NCBI GenBank assembly: GCA_031408175.1 | Contig: JANOJI010000001.1 | Location: forward strand, 492 to 64,491 | From: Ilumatobacteraceae bacterium | GTDB lineage: Bacteria; Actinomycetota; Acidimicrobiia; Acidimicrobiales; Ilumatobacteraceae | Direction of reading: 5' to 3' | DNA: 64,000 nucleotides | Shown: one piece after another, positions 47,510 to 55,625 of the stretch | How the letters are laid out: each line of letters begins with the position of its first letter | Position numbering within the stretch: position 1 is the first letter of the stretch | The notes under the pieces: model-generated | What the model was told of the DNA's origin: nothing | What the model saw: only the letters and a program-made list of their open reading frames with translations | Databases searched by the model: none | Program-made: the position numbers and the translations under genes

Positions 47510-48808
47510 TCAGATCATCGCCAGGGCCGCGTCGGTGCGCTCGAGCGTCAGGTCGATGACGGCGTCGTCGTGGGCGGTCGAGACGAAACACAGCCCACGG
47601 CTCGTCGGCCGCACACCGAGATCCTGTAAGGCGTCCATGAAGCGCAGGAGCAGGGCGTGGTCGGAATGCTGTGCGAACTCTGCCCGCGAACGAATCGTGT
47701 CCGACGTGCCGAAGCGGAACTGGAAGAGTGAGCCCCCGACCCAGTCGATGGCGAGACCCTTGTCCGCGCCCATCGATCGGAGCTCGTCCACGAGGCGTTT
47801 GGTGCGCTGCTGCAACTCGGCGTACGGATTCGTCTCGGTGAGGATCCGCAGCGTCTCGACGCCCGCTGCAACGGAGAGGGTGCCCGAGTTATAGGTGCCG
47901 GAGTGGTTCACCTCACCCCGGCCTACGGCGGCGAGCAGGTCTTGCGTGGTTCCCAACACGGCCATCGGGTAGCCAGAAGCCACGGCCTTCGCGTACAGCG
48001 TGATGTCGCCGTGGATTCCCAAGAACCCTTGGGCACCCGTCAAGCCGAGCCTGAAGCCCGTGATCACCTCGTCGATGACGAGGAGCGCGCCGTGCCGGTG
48101 ACAGAGATCCCGAACTCCCTCGAGGTAGCCGGGTGCGGGCGGGATCACGCCTGTGTTACACATGATCGGCTCCATGATCACGCAGGCGATCTGTTCGGTC
48201 CTCAGGACGTCTTCGACGAGCGCGAGGTCGTTCCACTCGCAGATGATGACGTCGTCCGATGCGGCGAGTGACTGCCCCGCGTCGACCGGCGGGTGGCCGA
48301 AGGGTTCGGGGATCGGTCCGGAGCCCACCAGAAGCGGATCGAGCCATCCGTGGTAGTGGCCGACGAATCGGAGCACACGCGCGCGACCCGTGACTGCGCG
48401 CGCGATCCGCACTGCTAGCAAGTCGACATCGGACCCAGCGAGTCCGATGCGGATGCTCTCGATCCATGGCACGGCATCGACGAGGCGTTCTCCGAACTCG
48501 GCCTCGAACTCGTTCTGACCGGCGAAACACTGGCCCATCTCCAGCGCCTGCCGGACCGCTGCGAGGACACGCGGGTGATTGTGCCCGAGGATCATCGGTC
48601 CCATCCCGCCCGCGTAGTCGATGTAGTCGTTTCCGTCGACGTCCCACATGAGGGCGCCGGCCGCGCGGGTGAACGTGAGTGGCACCGGACGACTCGCCAG
48701 GCGGACGTTGGAGTTCACGCCACCAGCGATCACCCGTGATCGTCGAGCGTGCGCCTCAATGCTCTTCGTGTATCGCTCCGAAGTAACTCGGCCCGTGGTC
48801 ACCGACAT
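47510..48808 (-). CDS. Class-III (GSA-aminomutase-like) PLP aminotransferase
   Basis: GGVNSNVR, YIDYAGGMGPMILGHNHP, LVIDEVITGFR. AAGGAGCAGG RBS. Confidence 0.85.
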   Translation of the reverse strand: MSVTTGRVTSERYTKSIEAHARRSRVIAGGVNSNVRLASRPVPLTFTRAAGALMWDVDGNDYIDYAGGMGPMILGHNHPRVLAAVRQALEMGQCFAGQNEFEAEFGERLVDAVPWIESIRIGLAGSDVDLLAVRIARAVTGRARVLRFVGHYHGWLDPLLVGSGPIPEPFGHPPVDAGQSLAASDDVIICEWNDLALVEDVLRTEQIACVIMEPIMCNTGVIPPAPGYLEGVRDLCHRHGALLVIDEVITGFRLGLTGAQGFLGIHGDITLYAKAVASGYPMAVLGTTQDLLAAVGRGEVNHSGTYNSGTLSVAAGVETLRILTETNPYAELQQRTKRLVDELRSMGADKGLAIDWVGGSLFQFRFGTSDTIRSRAEFAQHSDHALLLRFMDALQDLGVRPTSRGLCFVSTAHDDAVIDLTLERTDAALAMI

Positions 48809-48850
48809 CCTGCTCCTTTGGACAGCAGCGCACGCCAGCTGGAACCGCTT

Positions 48851-48871
48851 GGATTCTATAATGTATGAGCC
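48851..48871. promoter_or_regulatory. AT-rich site (GGATTCTATAATGTATGAGCC) upstream of the aminotransferase gene
   Basis: Read directly; contains ATAATGTAT as in the 3741 site. Confidence 0.45.
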
Positions 48872-48961
48872 ACTCGGTCAATCTCGTGGTGGTCGAGGCA
48901 TTTGATCGGGTCCACCGGCGGCGGCGAGCGCCGACGCTTTGAAGAGGGGCTCAAGCAGCTG

Positions 48962-48983
48962 TCGCCTCCCTCCAAGGAGGCGA
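48962..48983 (-). terminator. Perfect 8-bp GC-rich hairpin 3 nt downstream of the PMI-like stop (possible terminator; no T-tract)
   Basis: TCGCCTCC-ctccaa-GGAGGCGA read directly. Confidence 0.35.
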
Positions 48984-48986
48984 TCT

Positions 48987-50063
48987 TCATCCCTCCGGAG
49001 GCAGGCACACCAAGGCTTCGACGGTGCCTGTGAAACTCAACGGTCCAGCACCGAAAGGTACAACCCACGTCTCCCCTCGTTGCACGGGTTCCGAACCTCC
49101 ATCCCAACCGAGTTGACCGGAACCCTGTGTGACGACGAGAACTGCGAAGCTCGGCTGGTCGAGTTCGACACGGTCCGAACATCTCACGAGGCGAGCGGAG
49201 AAGAACGTGCGCGCCGCAGGTGGGAAGAGGTCGAATACCGTTCCGCCACTTTGACGCGACGATGCCACCCGAGCTGGAACAAGCTCGGAGATCCGGTCAC
49301 CCCGATATCCACCGAGATCGAAGCACGAGAGCGCGACCTCCCAGCCCAGACCAAGAGTTGCTTGATCTTCGGTGACCCCGAAGTTCTCGAACTCGGCGAG
49401 CACCGAGAACGACGTCGGCTCTTGGAGTTCTGTCAAAGTGACGCCCGGGCCGATCGAGTGTGGAAGTCCCGCCTTGACGAAGTAGACGTGGCCACGCTCG
49501 ACCTCGAATTCATTCATTGCCGAGAGCATGGCGGCTACGTCGTGACCCTCGATCCAGCGCCGAAGCGTTGCGCGATCGATGTCCTCCCGCAGGCCGAGCC
49601 AAACCTTGGCACCAGGAGTTGCGTCCATGATGATCCAGCCTTCGGTCTTACCGAAGACACTCCCGAGGTTTCTCGCCGCGAAGGACCGAGTGGGGTGGCA
49701 ATGCACGGGGAGGCGCTCACCGGCATCGAGGATCTTGACCAGCAGCCCACTCTCGCCTCCAAACCGCTCGAACAGGTTCCGGCCCAGCCAGCCGTGGGGG
49801 TCGCGATCGACGAGGTCGCGGAGGCTTTCGGACTCGACCGTCATGGACACACCAGTGTCAGGAGAAACATCGGCACCCAGTATCGACTTTGGCAACCGCG
49901 TCAACGAGCCGACCCAGTCCTCCGGCCCGTGGAAGCCTCCAGGTTCCACCCGAAATCTGTCGATACCGTCGCCACCCTTGTAGTAGACGGGTACCCGATT
50001 GTCCGGCATTCTTCGCGGTGCGTGCACGAGTTCTACAACCCTTCTCAGAGCCGGCCGAGCCAC
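48987..50063 (-). CDS. Class-I mannose-6-phosphate-isomerase-like cupin protein
   Basis: LLVKILDAGERLPVHCHP...GKTEGWII...YFVKAGLPHSIGPGVTLTELQEPT pattern. GTG start (alternative ATG 50009). Confidence 0.6.
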   Translation of the reverse strand: MARPALRRVVELVHAPRRMPDNRVPVYYKGGDGIDRFRVEPGGFHGPEDWVGSLTRLPKSILGADVSPDTGVSMTVESESLRDLVDRDPHGWLGRNLFERFGGESGLLVKILDAGERLPVHCHPTRSFAARNLGSVFGKTEGWIIMDATPGAKVWLGLREDIDRATLRRWIEGHDVAAMLSAMNEFEVERGHVYFVKAGLPHSIGPGVTLTELQEPTSFSVLAEFENFGVTEDQATLGLGWEVALSCFDLGGYRGDRISELVPARVASSRQSGGTVFDLFPPAARTFFSARLVRCSDRVELDQPSFAVLVVTQGSGQLGWDGGSEPVQRGETWVVPFGAGPLSFTGTVEALVCLPPEG

Positions 50064-50123
50064 GAGGTGTCCGAATGAGCCCCCCGGGGTCTGCCATGAA
50101 CTTGGTATGACTGGTCTGGCTGG

Positions 50124-50441
50124 TTATTGGTTGCTGGGATCGTAGGGTCTTGCACCACTTGCCGCCGCAAGGACATGGCGATCCTTCGCGTGAGTTCGCG
50201 TCAGCGTCGCCTCGAGTTCGACCGACGCTGGTGGAACGAGCGGATCTCGCACCAGGTTGAGACTCTGTTCGAACGCCGCGAGAGCTCTAGGCCCGTCCTT
50301 CTCGATGAGACTCCTTCGCGCTTCATCCACAACGGCTTGTGACCAGGCGGCTCGATAGTCGCCGGCTTGGGCCGCGCCAAGGAGAAACCGCGTGACGGCG
50401 GATTTGAAGAGAACTGAAGCGTCAAAGAAAACAATGCACAT
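50124..50441 (-). pseudogene. PIN-domain toxin gene, 3'-truncated copy
   Basis: First ~96 aa are near-identical to the 174-aa PIN protein at 53583..54107, then an unrelated 9-aa tail and a stop. Confidence 0.7.
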
Positions 50442-50459
50442 GCATTGACCCCAAACCGT

Positions 50460-51601
50460 CTACTTCGAGCTTCCGTAGATACGGGAGGCGATGAGTTCGG
50501 CGGCGTCGGCGTCGAGGCCCTGAGCGACGTGGGAGTAGAGATCAAGGGTGATCCGCGAAGGTCGAATGTCCGAGGCGCTCAGAGACGATCTTGGGGCGCT
50601 CTCCGGCCTTCAGGGCGAGCGTCGCGTAGCTGTGGCGGAGGTCGTGCAGACGGATCCTCGGGAGCTCTGCGTCGCGGACGATTCGGTCGAACGACTGCGA
50701 GAACCGGTTCGGGTGAACCGGATCGCCGAACTCGGCGGTGAAGACGAGATCGCCCTCGTTCGGCCAAACGTCGGCTGCCGCGATCCGCTCCACACGCTGT
50801 CGCTTGCGATGGGTCTTCAGCGCGTCGAGTGTCACGCCGTCTATCGACACTGTGCGTCGGCTCTTGCCGGTTTTGGGTGGGCCGATGTGCTTGTCGCCGC
50901 GCACGGTCGTCAACGTCTGCACGATCGACAACGCTCGACCTGCGAAGTCCACGTCCTCCCATCGAAGGCCGAGCACCTCGCCTCGACGCATGCCCGTGGT
51001 CGAAAGAAGAACGAACGCCATCGACAGCCGCTCCCCCGCCAGCGCCTCGAAGAAACGCTGGATCTCCTCGGACGACCAGGTCCGCTGCTCGGCTCTCGGA
51101 GCCGCGACAGCACGAGCCGCCGCGGCCGGGTTGCGGCTGACAAGGCCGAACCGTTCGGCGTCGGCCAATGCACGACGTAGGACGATGTGACAGTTACGAA
51201 CCATCTTCGGTGCCAGCGGTCGCCCGCCGGCACCACCGCTCGCGAGCAACGTCGCGTAGAGAGACTCGACCTGCAATGGAGTCAACGCCTGCAACGAAAC
51301 CGCACCGATCTGCCGAGCGATGCGATTGGCAGCCATCTCGTAGCTGACCCAGGTCGTCTCGCGGAGGCGCGGTCGCATCGTCTCGAGCCACTCGGTCAAG
51401 AACCCGACACAGTGGTGCGATCGCGAACCGCTCTCCCTGCATCCGATGCGGTGGCAAGCGTGCGCAGCGCTGCTTCGGCTGCCTTCTTCGTGGCGAACCC
51501 TGAACGGCGAGCTTGTCGACGACGGCCGCTCGCGGATCCGGCCCGAGGTCGACGACGAACGACCACACCGTTCCCTTGCGCTGCACCGACCCCTTCGCCA
51601 T
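50460..51601 (-). pseudogene. int: Tyrosine integrase pseudogene (at least two frameshifts)
   Basis: N-terminus MAKGSVQRKGTVWSFVVDLGPDP is in one frame and the core in another (ORF 50542..51606). A 1-nt insertion near 50550-50570 relative to copy 2 destroys the GHST..LYSHV C-terminus. Confidence 0.8.
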
Positions 51602-51621
51602 CCCACAACCGTAGATCGAGG

Positions 51622-51641
51622 GTGTCACAGAGTTGTGACAC
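51622..51641. promoter_or_regulatory. Perfect palindrome GTGTCACAGAGTTGTGACAC upstream of the integrase pseudogene
   Basis: Read directly. An identical copy lies at 55293-55312. Confidence 0.6.
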
Positions 51642-51671
51642 GGACCCGCGCTATCAGCCCAGCTAAGAGCA

Positions 51672-51724
51672 GTGCCCGGGGTGGGGTTCGAACCCACATG
51701 ACCCGAAGGTCAGGGGGGTTTAAG
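51672..51724 (-). other. tRNA-Leu(UAA) 3' half (anticodon loop to discriminator) = att-type fragment 1
   Basis: Minus strand reads CTTAAAC-CCCCC-TGACCTTCGGGTCA-T-GTGGG-TTCGAAC-CCCAC-CCCGGGC-A. There is no complementary 5' acceptor or anticodon-stem strand upstream. Confidence 0.75.
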
Positions 51725-51917
51725 TTCGGTCGATTCGTGCTGGGCTGTGCCGCTCAATGTCGCCCAGTCCCGTTGAGCTGCCCGGATTGCTACCCGATCG
51801 TCCGTCGAGTACCGGCTCGTCGTGGCCATTTCGGCCAGTCCCGTGACACCGGATGTGACACGAAGACGCGCAGCGTCAACACAGCCGACGACCGCGTCGA
51901 TCGGCTCTCGGGTTCAC

Positions 51918-52547
51918 TCAGCCTTCACGAGCCATTCGTTTGGAGGGCTGAGAGAGGTAGAGCGCGGCGAGGGCGCCGAACGCCATCAGGTGTCCAGAGA
52001 ACTTCCGCGAATCCTCTGTTCGGGAGCGTATCCATTCATCCTTCGTTACCTCTCTCTCGTCACCGCCCGACGTGAGGAAGTACCTCCCGTTTCGCTCCAG
52101 GGGCGCGCCGGAGACATCGCTAGCGAAGGTTGTTACGAGGAAGGTCGCCATCACGACGACGAACAGCACGACTCCAACGGGCATCCGCCATCCCGTGAGC
52201 GGCAATGGCAGTCGACCGCGTCGCGGTCCCGACCCAACTTGCTCCCACCTGACATCACGAACTGTGAGCCACCACACGGGAAACAGCAATACAAGACCGG
52301 GCACGAAGACCCAGCGCCACCAGCCACCGACCGACGGGGTCAGGAACGACAGCAGCCACACCACGCCGGCAACAAGCGCCACCGCTGCGCCCGCGACAGT
52401 CGCCAGCCTCCGCGACTCGGACGAAGGTCGCTCGACCGGCTGAGCACGGTTCGACAGAAATCGCCGAAATTCAAAGCGCTCTGATTGAGTCACACTGGCA
52501 TCGTACGAGCGGGCGGGCCATCGAGGTCCAGGACTGGCACAAACCAT
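51918..52547 (-). CDS. Hypothetical membrane protein (about 4 TM segments)
   Basis: 209-aa ORF with hydrophobic stretches (LATVAGAAVALVAGVVWLLSFL, VFVPGLVLLFPVWWL, VGVVLFVVVMATFLVTTF, LMAFGALAALYL). No family recognised. Confidence 0.5.
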   Translation of the reverse strand: MVCASPGPRWPARSYDASVTQSERFEFRRFLSNRAQPVERPSSESRRLATVAGAAVALVAGVVWLLSFLTPSVGGWWRWVFVPGLVLLFPVWWLTVRDVRWEQVGSGPRRGRLPLPLTGWRMPVGVVLFVVVMATFLVTTFASDVSGAPLERNGRYFLTSGGDEREVTKDEWIRSRTEDSRKFSGHLMAFGALAALYLSQPSKRMAREG

Positions 52548-52652
52548 TGGTGCAGATGTCCAGAAGGTTCAGATTCGCGCGTCACGAAATCGCGATTCGG
52601 GAGGCATGTGTAGGTGAGGTTGGCAAGCGGATCGATCGAGAGGAGCAACTCG

Positions 52653-52871
52653 ATGACAAGACGGATGACGATGACAGTCGAGGAGGCGGCGGAGATCGTT
52701 GGGATTTCGCGAACGTCGGCTTACCTGTGCGCGGCACGCGGCGAGCTCCCGACTTGCCGCTTCGGTCGACGCGTGGTGGTGCTCGTAGACCCCTTCTTGG
52801 CAATGCTCGGTCATGATCGCGACGAGGCGCGCTCACCGGACCGAAACGAGAACGAGGACGATGCCCGGTGA
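52653..52871 (+). CDS. xis: Excisionase/AlpA-type HTH_17 DNA-binding protein
   Basis: MTVEEAAEIVGISRTSAYLCAARGELPTCRFGRRVVV. AGGAG RBS 7 nt upstream of ATG 52653. Confidence 0.65.
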   Translation: MTRRMTMTVEEAAEIVGISRTSAYLCAARGELPTCRFGRRVVVLVDPFLAMLGHDRDEARSPDRNENEDDAR

Positions 52872-52875
52872 CCGG

Positions 52876-53109
52876 CTACAGGCGGCCCGCCGCTTCCTCG
52901 ACGGTGTCGTGCAACTCGTCGAAGTCGTCGCGGGCGTCAGACCAGGCGACGCTGTGATGCACGATCTCCTTGGCCTGTGCCAGGCTGACCCCTCCCACGG
53001 CACGTGTGATCTTGATCATCTCAATCGGCGAGAAGCCGTCGGACCTGAGCCGGTCGAGGACGACGTCCCATTCCTCGCCCAAGGAATCCACACCCAAACT
53101 GTATTCCAC
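52876..53109 (-). CDS. Small acidic hypothetical protein with L7/L12-C-terminal-domain-like segment
   Basis: 77 aa with a GTG start. SPIEMIKITRAVGGVSLAQAKEIV resembles the L7/L12 CTD helix pattern. Assignment is weak. Confidence 0.4.
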   Translation of the reverse strand: MEYSLGVDSLGEEWDVVLDRLRSDGFSPIEMIKITRAVGGVSLAQAKEIVHHSVAWSDARDDFDELHDTVEEAAGRL

Positions 53110-53159
53110 TACGACCGCCAGGAGTTGCGTTTAATCGCACCACGTGGTTGACTGCAGTC

Positions 53160-53576
53160 ATGGGAACGAAGTCCGCCCGGAAGGTGAAGTCGGCGCCGGC
53201 CGCTGCCGCGGAGTTGGCCGATGCGTTGATGTCCGCAATGGGTACCGACGGCTCTGCCACTCTCTCCATCGAGGATCGCACGATCACTGTTCCCGCGGAG
53301 CTTGCCAATTCGCTCGTGGAGTTGCTCGAAGACATCAGCGAAGGTCGGGACGTAACGTCGGCGCCGGCGGGACTCCCCCTGGGAACCGAGGTCGCGTCCG
53401 ATCTGCTCGGTGTGTCTCGTCCCTGGCTGACCACGCTGCTTGACCGAGGCGACATCCCGTCCAGCAAGGTTGGAAGCAAGCGACGAGTTCGTCTCGGGGA
53501 TCTCCTGGCATATCGGCGCTCTGACGACATTCGGCGTCGTGAGGGACTGACGTGGGAGTTCATCGACGAGGAGTGA
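53160..53576 (+). CDS. HTH_17 (excisionase-family) DNA-binding protein, putative antitoxin partner of the PIN protein
   Basis: C-terminal EVASDLLGVSRPWLTTLLDRGDIPSSKVGSKRRVRLGDLLAY. Start uncertain (TTG 53148 / ATG 53160). Confidence 0.6.
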   Translation: MGTKSARKVKSAPAAAAELADALMSAMGTDGSATLSIEDRTITVPAELANSLVELLEDISEGRDVTSAPAGLPLGTEVASDLLGVSRPWLTTLLDRGDIPSSKVGSKRRVRLGDLLAYRRSDDIRRREGLTWEFIDEE

Positions 53577-53582
53577 GGCTCG

Positions 53583-54107
53583 TCACTGGAGGAGCATCGG
53601 AGCGATGATGCGCATCGCTTCCGGCAGTTCGTCACTCAGAATGTGCACATATTGCTCGAAGCGATCCGTCGGCACGCGCTGCACCGCCCGAATCAAGGCG
53701 TGCGGGTTGCGGAGAGCGATCGAGGTTGCGAACTGATCGGAAGTGAGCACGGTGATGCCGAGTCGGCGAGCCTCATTGACATCGAAGTCTTTGGGATTGT
53801 CGGTGACGAGAATCGTTGCACCACTCGCCGCCGCCAGGACATGCCGATCTTTCGTGTGAGTTCGCGTCAGCATCGCCTCGAGTTCGACCAAGGCTGGTGG
53901 GACGAGCGGATCTCGAACCAGGTTGATGTTTTGTTCCAGGGCCGCGAGAGCTCCTGGCCTGTCCTTCTCGAGAAGGCTCCTCCGGGCTTCATCGACGACG
54001 GCTTGTGACCAGACGGCTCGATAGTCGCCAGCTTGGGCCGCTCCAAGTAGAAACCGCGTGACGGCGGATTTGAAGAGAACTGAAGCGTCAAAGAAAACAG
54101 TGTCCAT
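53583..54107 (-). CDS. PIN-domain protein (PIN_3-like putative toxin)
   Basis: MDTVFFDASVLF (N-terminal Asp), KDRHVLAAA, ILVTDNPKDF motifs. 174 aa from the internal ATG of ORF 53583..54269. Confidence 0.75.
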   Translation of the reverse strand: MDTVFFDASVLFKSAVTRFLLGAAQAGDYRAVWSQAVVDEARRSLLEKDRPGALAALEQNINLVRDPLVPPALVELEAMLTRTHTKDRHVLAAASGATILVTDNPKDFDVNEARRLGITVLTSDQFATSIALRNPHALIRAVQRVPTDRFEQYVHILSDELPEAMRIIAPMLLQ

Positions 54108-54126
54108 ACATAGACCCCCAAACCGT

Positions 54127-55272
54127 CTACTTCGAGCTGCCGTAGATGCGGGAGGCGATGAGTTCGGCGGCGTCGGCGTCGAGGCCCTGGGCGACGTGGG
54201 AGTAGAGATCGAGGGTGATTGCGATGGTCGAGTGGCCGAGGCGCTCAGAGACGATCTTGGGGTGCACACCGGCCTTCAGAGCGAGGGTTGCGTAGCTGTG
54301 GCGGAGGTCGTGTAGGCGGATCCTCGGGAGCTCTGCGGCCCTCACGATTCGGTCAAACGACTGCGATAGACGATTCGGGTGGACCGGCTCGCCGAGCTCT
54401 TCGGTGAAGACGAGGTCGCCCTCATTCGACCAAACGTCAGCCGCAGCGATCCGCTCGACGCGTTGCCGCTTGCGATGGGCCTTCAGGGCATCCAGCGTGA
54501 CTGCGTCAATCGCGACTCGGCGGCGGCTTTTGCCGGTCTTCGGTGGGCCGATGTGTTTGTCGCCGCGCACGGTCGTCAACGTCTGGACGATCGACAACGC
54601 TCGACCTGCGAAGTCCACGTCCTCCCATCGAAGGCCGAGCACCTCGCCTCGACGCATCCCTGTCGTCGCCAGCAGCACGAAGGCCATCGACAGTCGCTCC
54701 CCCGCCAGTGCTTCGAAGAACCGCTGGATCTCTTCGGACGACCAGGTCCGCTGTTCTGCTCTCGGAGCGGCGACGGCACGAGCTGCAGCGGCTGGGTTGC
54801 GGCCGACGAGACCGAGCCGCTCGGCATCGGCGAATGCACGTCGCAGAACGATGTGACAGTTGCGAACTGTCTTCGGTGCCAACCGTCGCCCGCCGGCGCC
54901 ACCGCTCGCGAGCAACGTCGCGTACAACGACTCGATTTGCAATGGCGTCAACGCTTGCAACGGGACCGCACCGATCTGTCGAGTAATGCGATTGGCCGCC
55001 ATCTCATAACTGACCCATGTCGTCTCGCGGATTCGCGGTCGCATCGTCTCGAGCCACTCGGCCAAGAACCCGGAGACTGTCGTGCGATTTCGAGCGACGG
55101 CTGTCCCCGCGTCGGAAGCTGTCGCCAATGAACGCAACGCGGCGTCGGCAGCCTTCTTCGTCGCGAATCCCGAACGGCGAGCTTGGCGACGACGACCGGT
55201 CGCTGGATCGGGCCCGAGGTCGACGACGAACGACCACACCGTTCCCTTGCGCTGCACCGAGCCTTTCGCCAT
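54127..55272 (-). CDS. int: Tyrosine recombinase / phage-type integrase (intact)
   Basis: 381 aa from MAKGSVQRKG. SAM-like N-terminal domain; catalytic TGMRRGE, HDLRHSYATL, GHSTIAITLDLYSHV. Confidence 0.9.
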   Translation of the reverse strand: MAKGSVQRKGTVWSFVVDLGPDPATGRRRQARRSGFATKKAADAALRSLATASDAGTAVARNRTTVSGFLAEWLETMRPRIRETTWVSYEMAANRITRQIGAVPLQALTPLQIESLYATLLASGGAGGRRLAPKTVRNCHIVLRRAFADAERLGLVGRNPAAAARAVAAPRAEQRTWSSEEIQRFFEALAGERLSMAFVLLATTGMRRGEVLGLRWEDVDFAGRALSIVQTLTTVRGDKHIGPPKTGKSRRRVAIDAVTLDALKAHRKRQRVERIAAADVWSNEGDLVFTEELGEPVHPNRLSQSFDRIVRAAELPRIRLHDLRHSYATLALKAGVHPKIVSERLGHSTIAITLDLYSHVAQGLDADAAELIASRIYGSSK

Positions 55273-55292
55273 CCCACAACCGTAGATCGAGG

Positions 55293-55323
55293 GTGTCACA
55301 GAGTTGTGACACGGATGTGACAC
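55293..55323. promoter_or_regulatory. Palindrome GTGTCACAGAGTTGTGACAC plus an adjacent direct GTGACAC repeat, between int and att
   Basis: Read directly. GTGACAC at 55306-55312 and 55317-55323; a related pair lies at 51843-51861. Confidence 0.6.
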
Positions 55324-55384
55324 GCGCAGCGACCCGGGCACTACCCGAGTCACTACCCAGGCTTATCAGACCAGCTCAAACCAT

Positions 55385-55437
55385 GTGCCCGGGGTGGGGT
55401 TCGAACCCACATGACCCGAAGGTCAGGGGGGTTTAAG
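55385..55437 (-). other. tRNA-Leu(UAA) 3' half = att-type fragment 2 (identical to fragment 1)
   Basis: The same 53 nt as 51672-51724. The upstream flank (GAAGT) cannot pair with CCCCC. Confidence 0.75.
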
Positions 55438-55625
55438 ACTTCACATTCTGGTCCGTCTGGTGTCACCGAATCCGTCGAGCCTGCTCCCGTCCGCCGCCGT
55501 CGCCCGTTTCGTCCGTCTGATCCGTCCAGTACCGCTAGGTATCGCCGAATCCTGTGCAGGAATGGTGCAGCCGCAGGTTGCCCACACCCGAACCGGGATC
55601 AAGACGCGGTGGACGGTCGCCGCGA

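Larger units (their letters stand above)
50124..51724 (-). mobile_element. Remnant A of a tRNA-targeting integrative element (truncated PIN gene, frameshifted integrase, att/tRNA-Leu 3' half)
   Basis: Homologous to 53818-55437 but decayed. Homology breaks at ~50152 inside the PIN gene. Confidence 0.7.
51725..55437 (-). mobile_element. Integrative element B (intact integrase, PIN, two HTH_17-type genes, small protein, membrane protein), bounded by identical tRNA-Leu 3' halves
   Basis: Identical 53-nt blocks at 51672-51724 and 55385-55437. The integrase is adjacent to the right-hand block. Confidence 0.7.
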
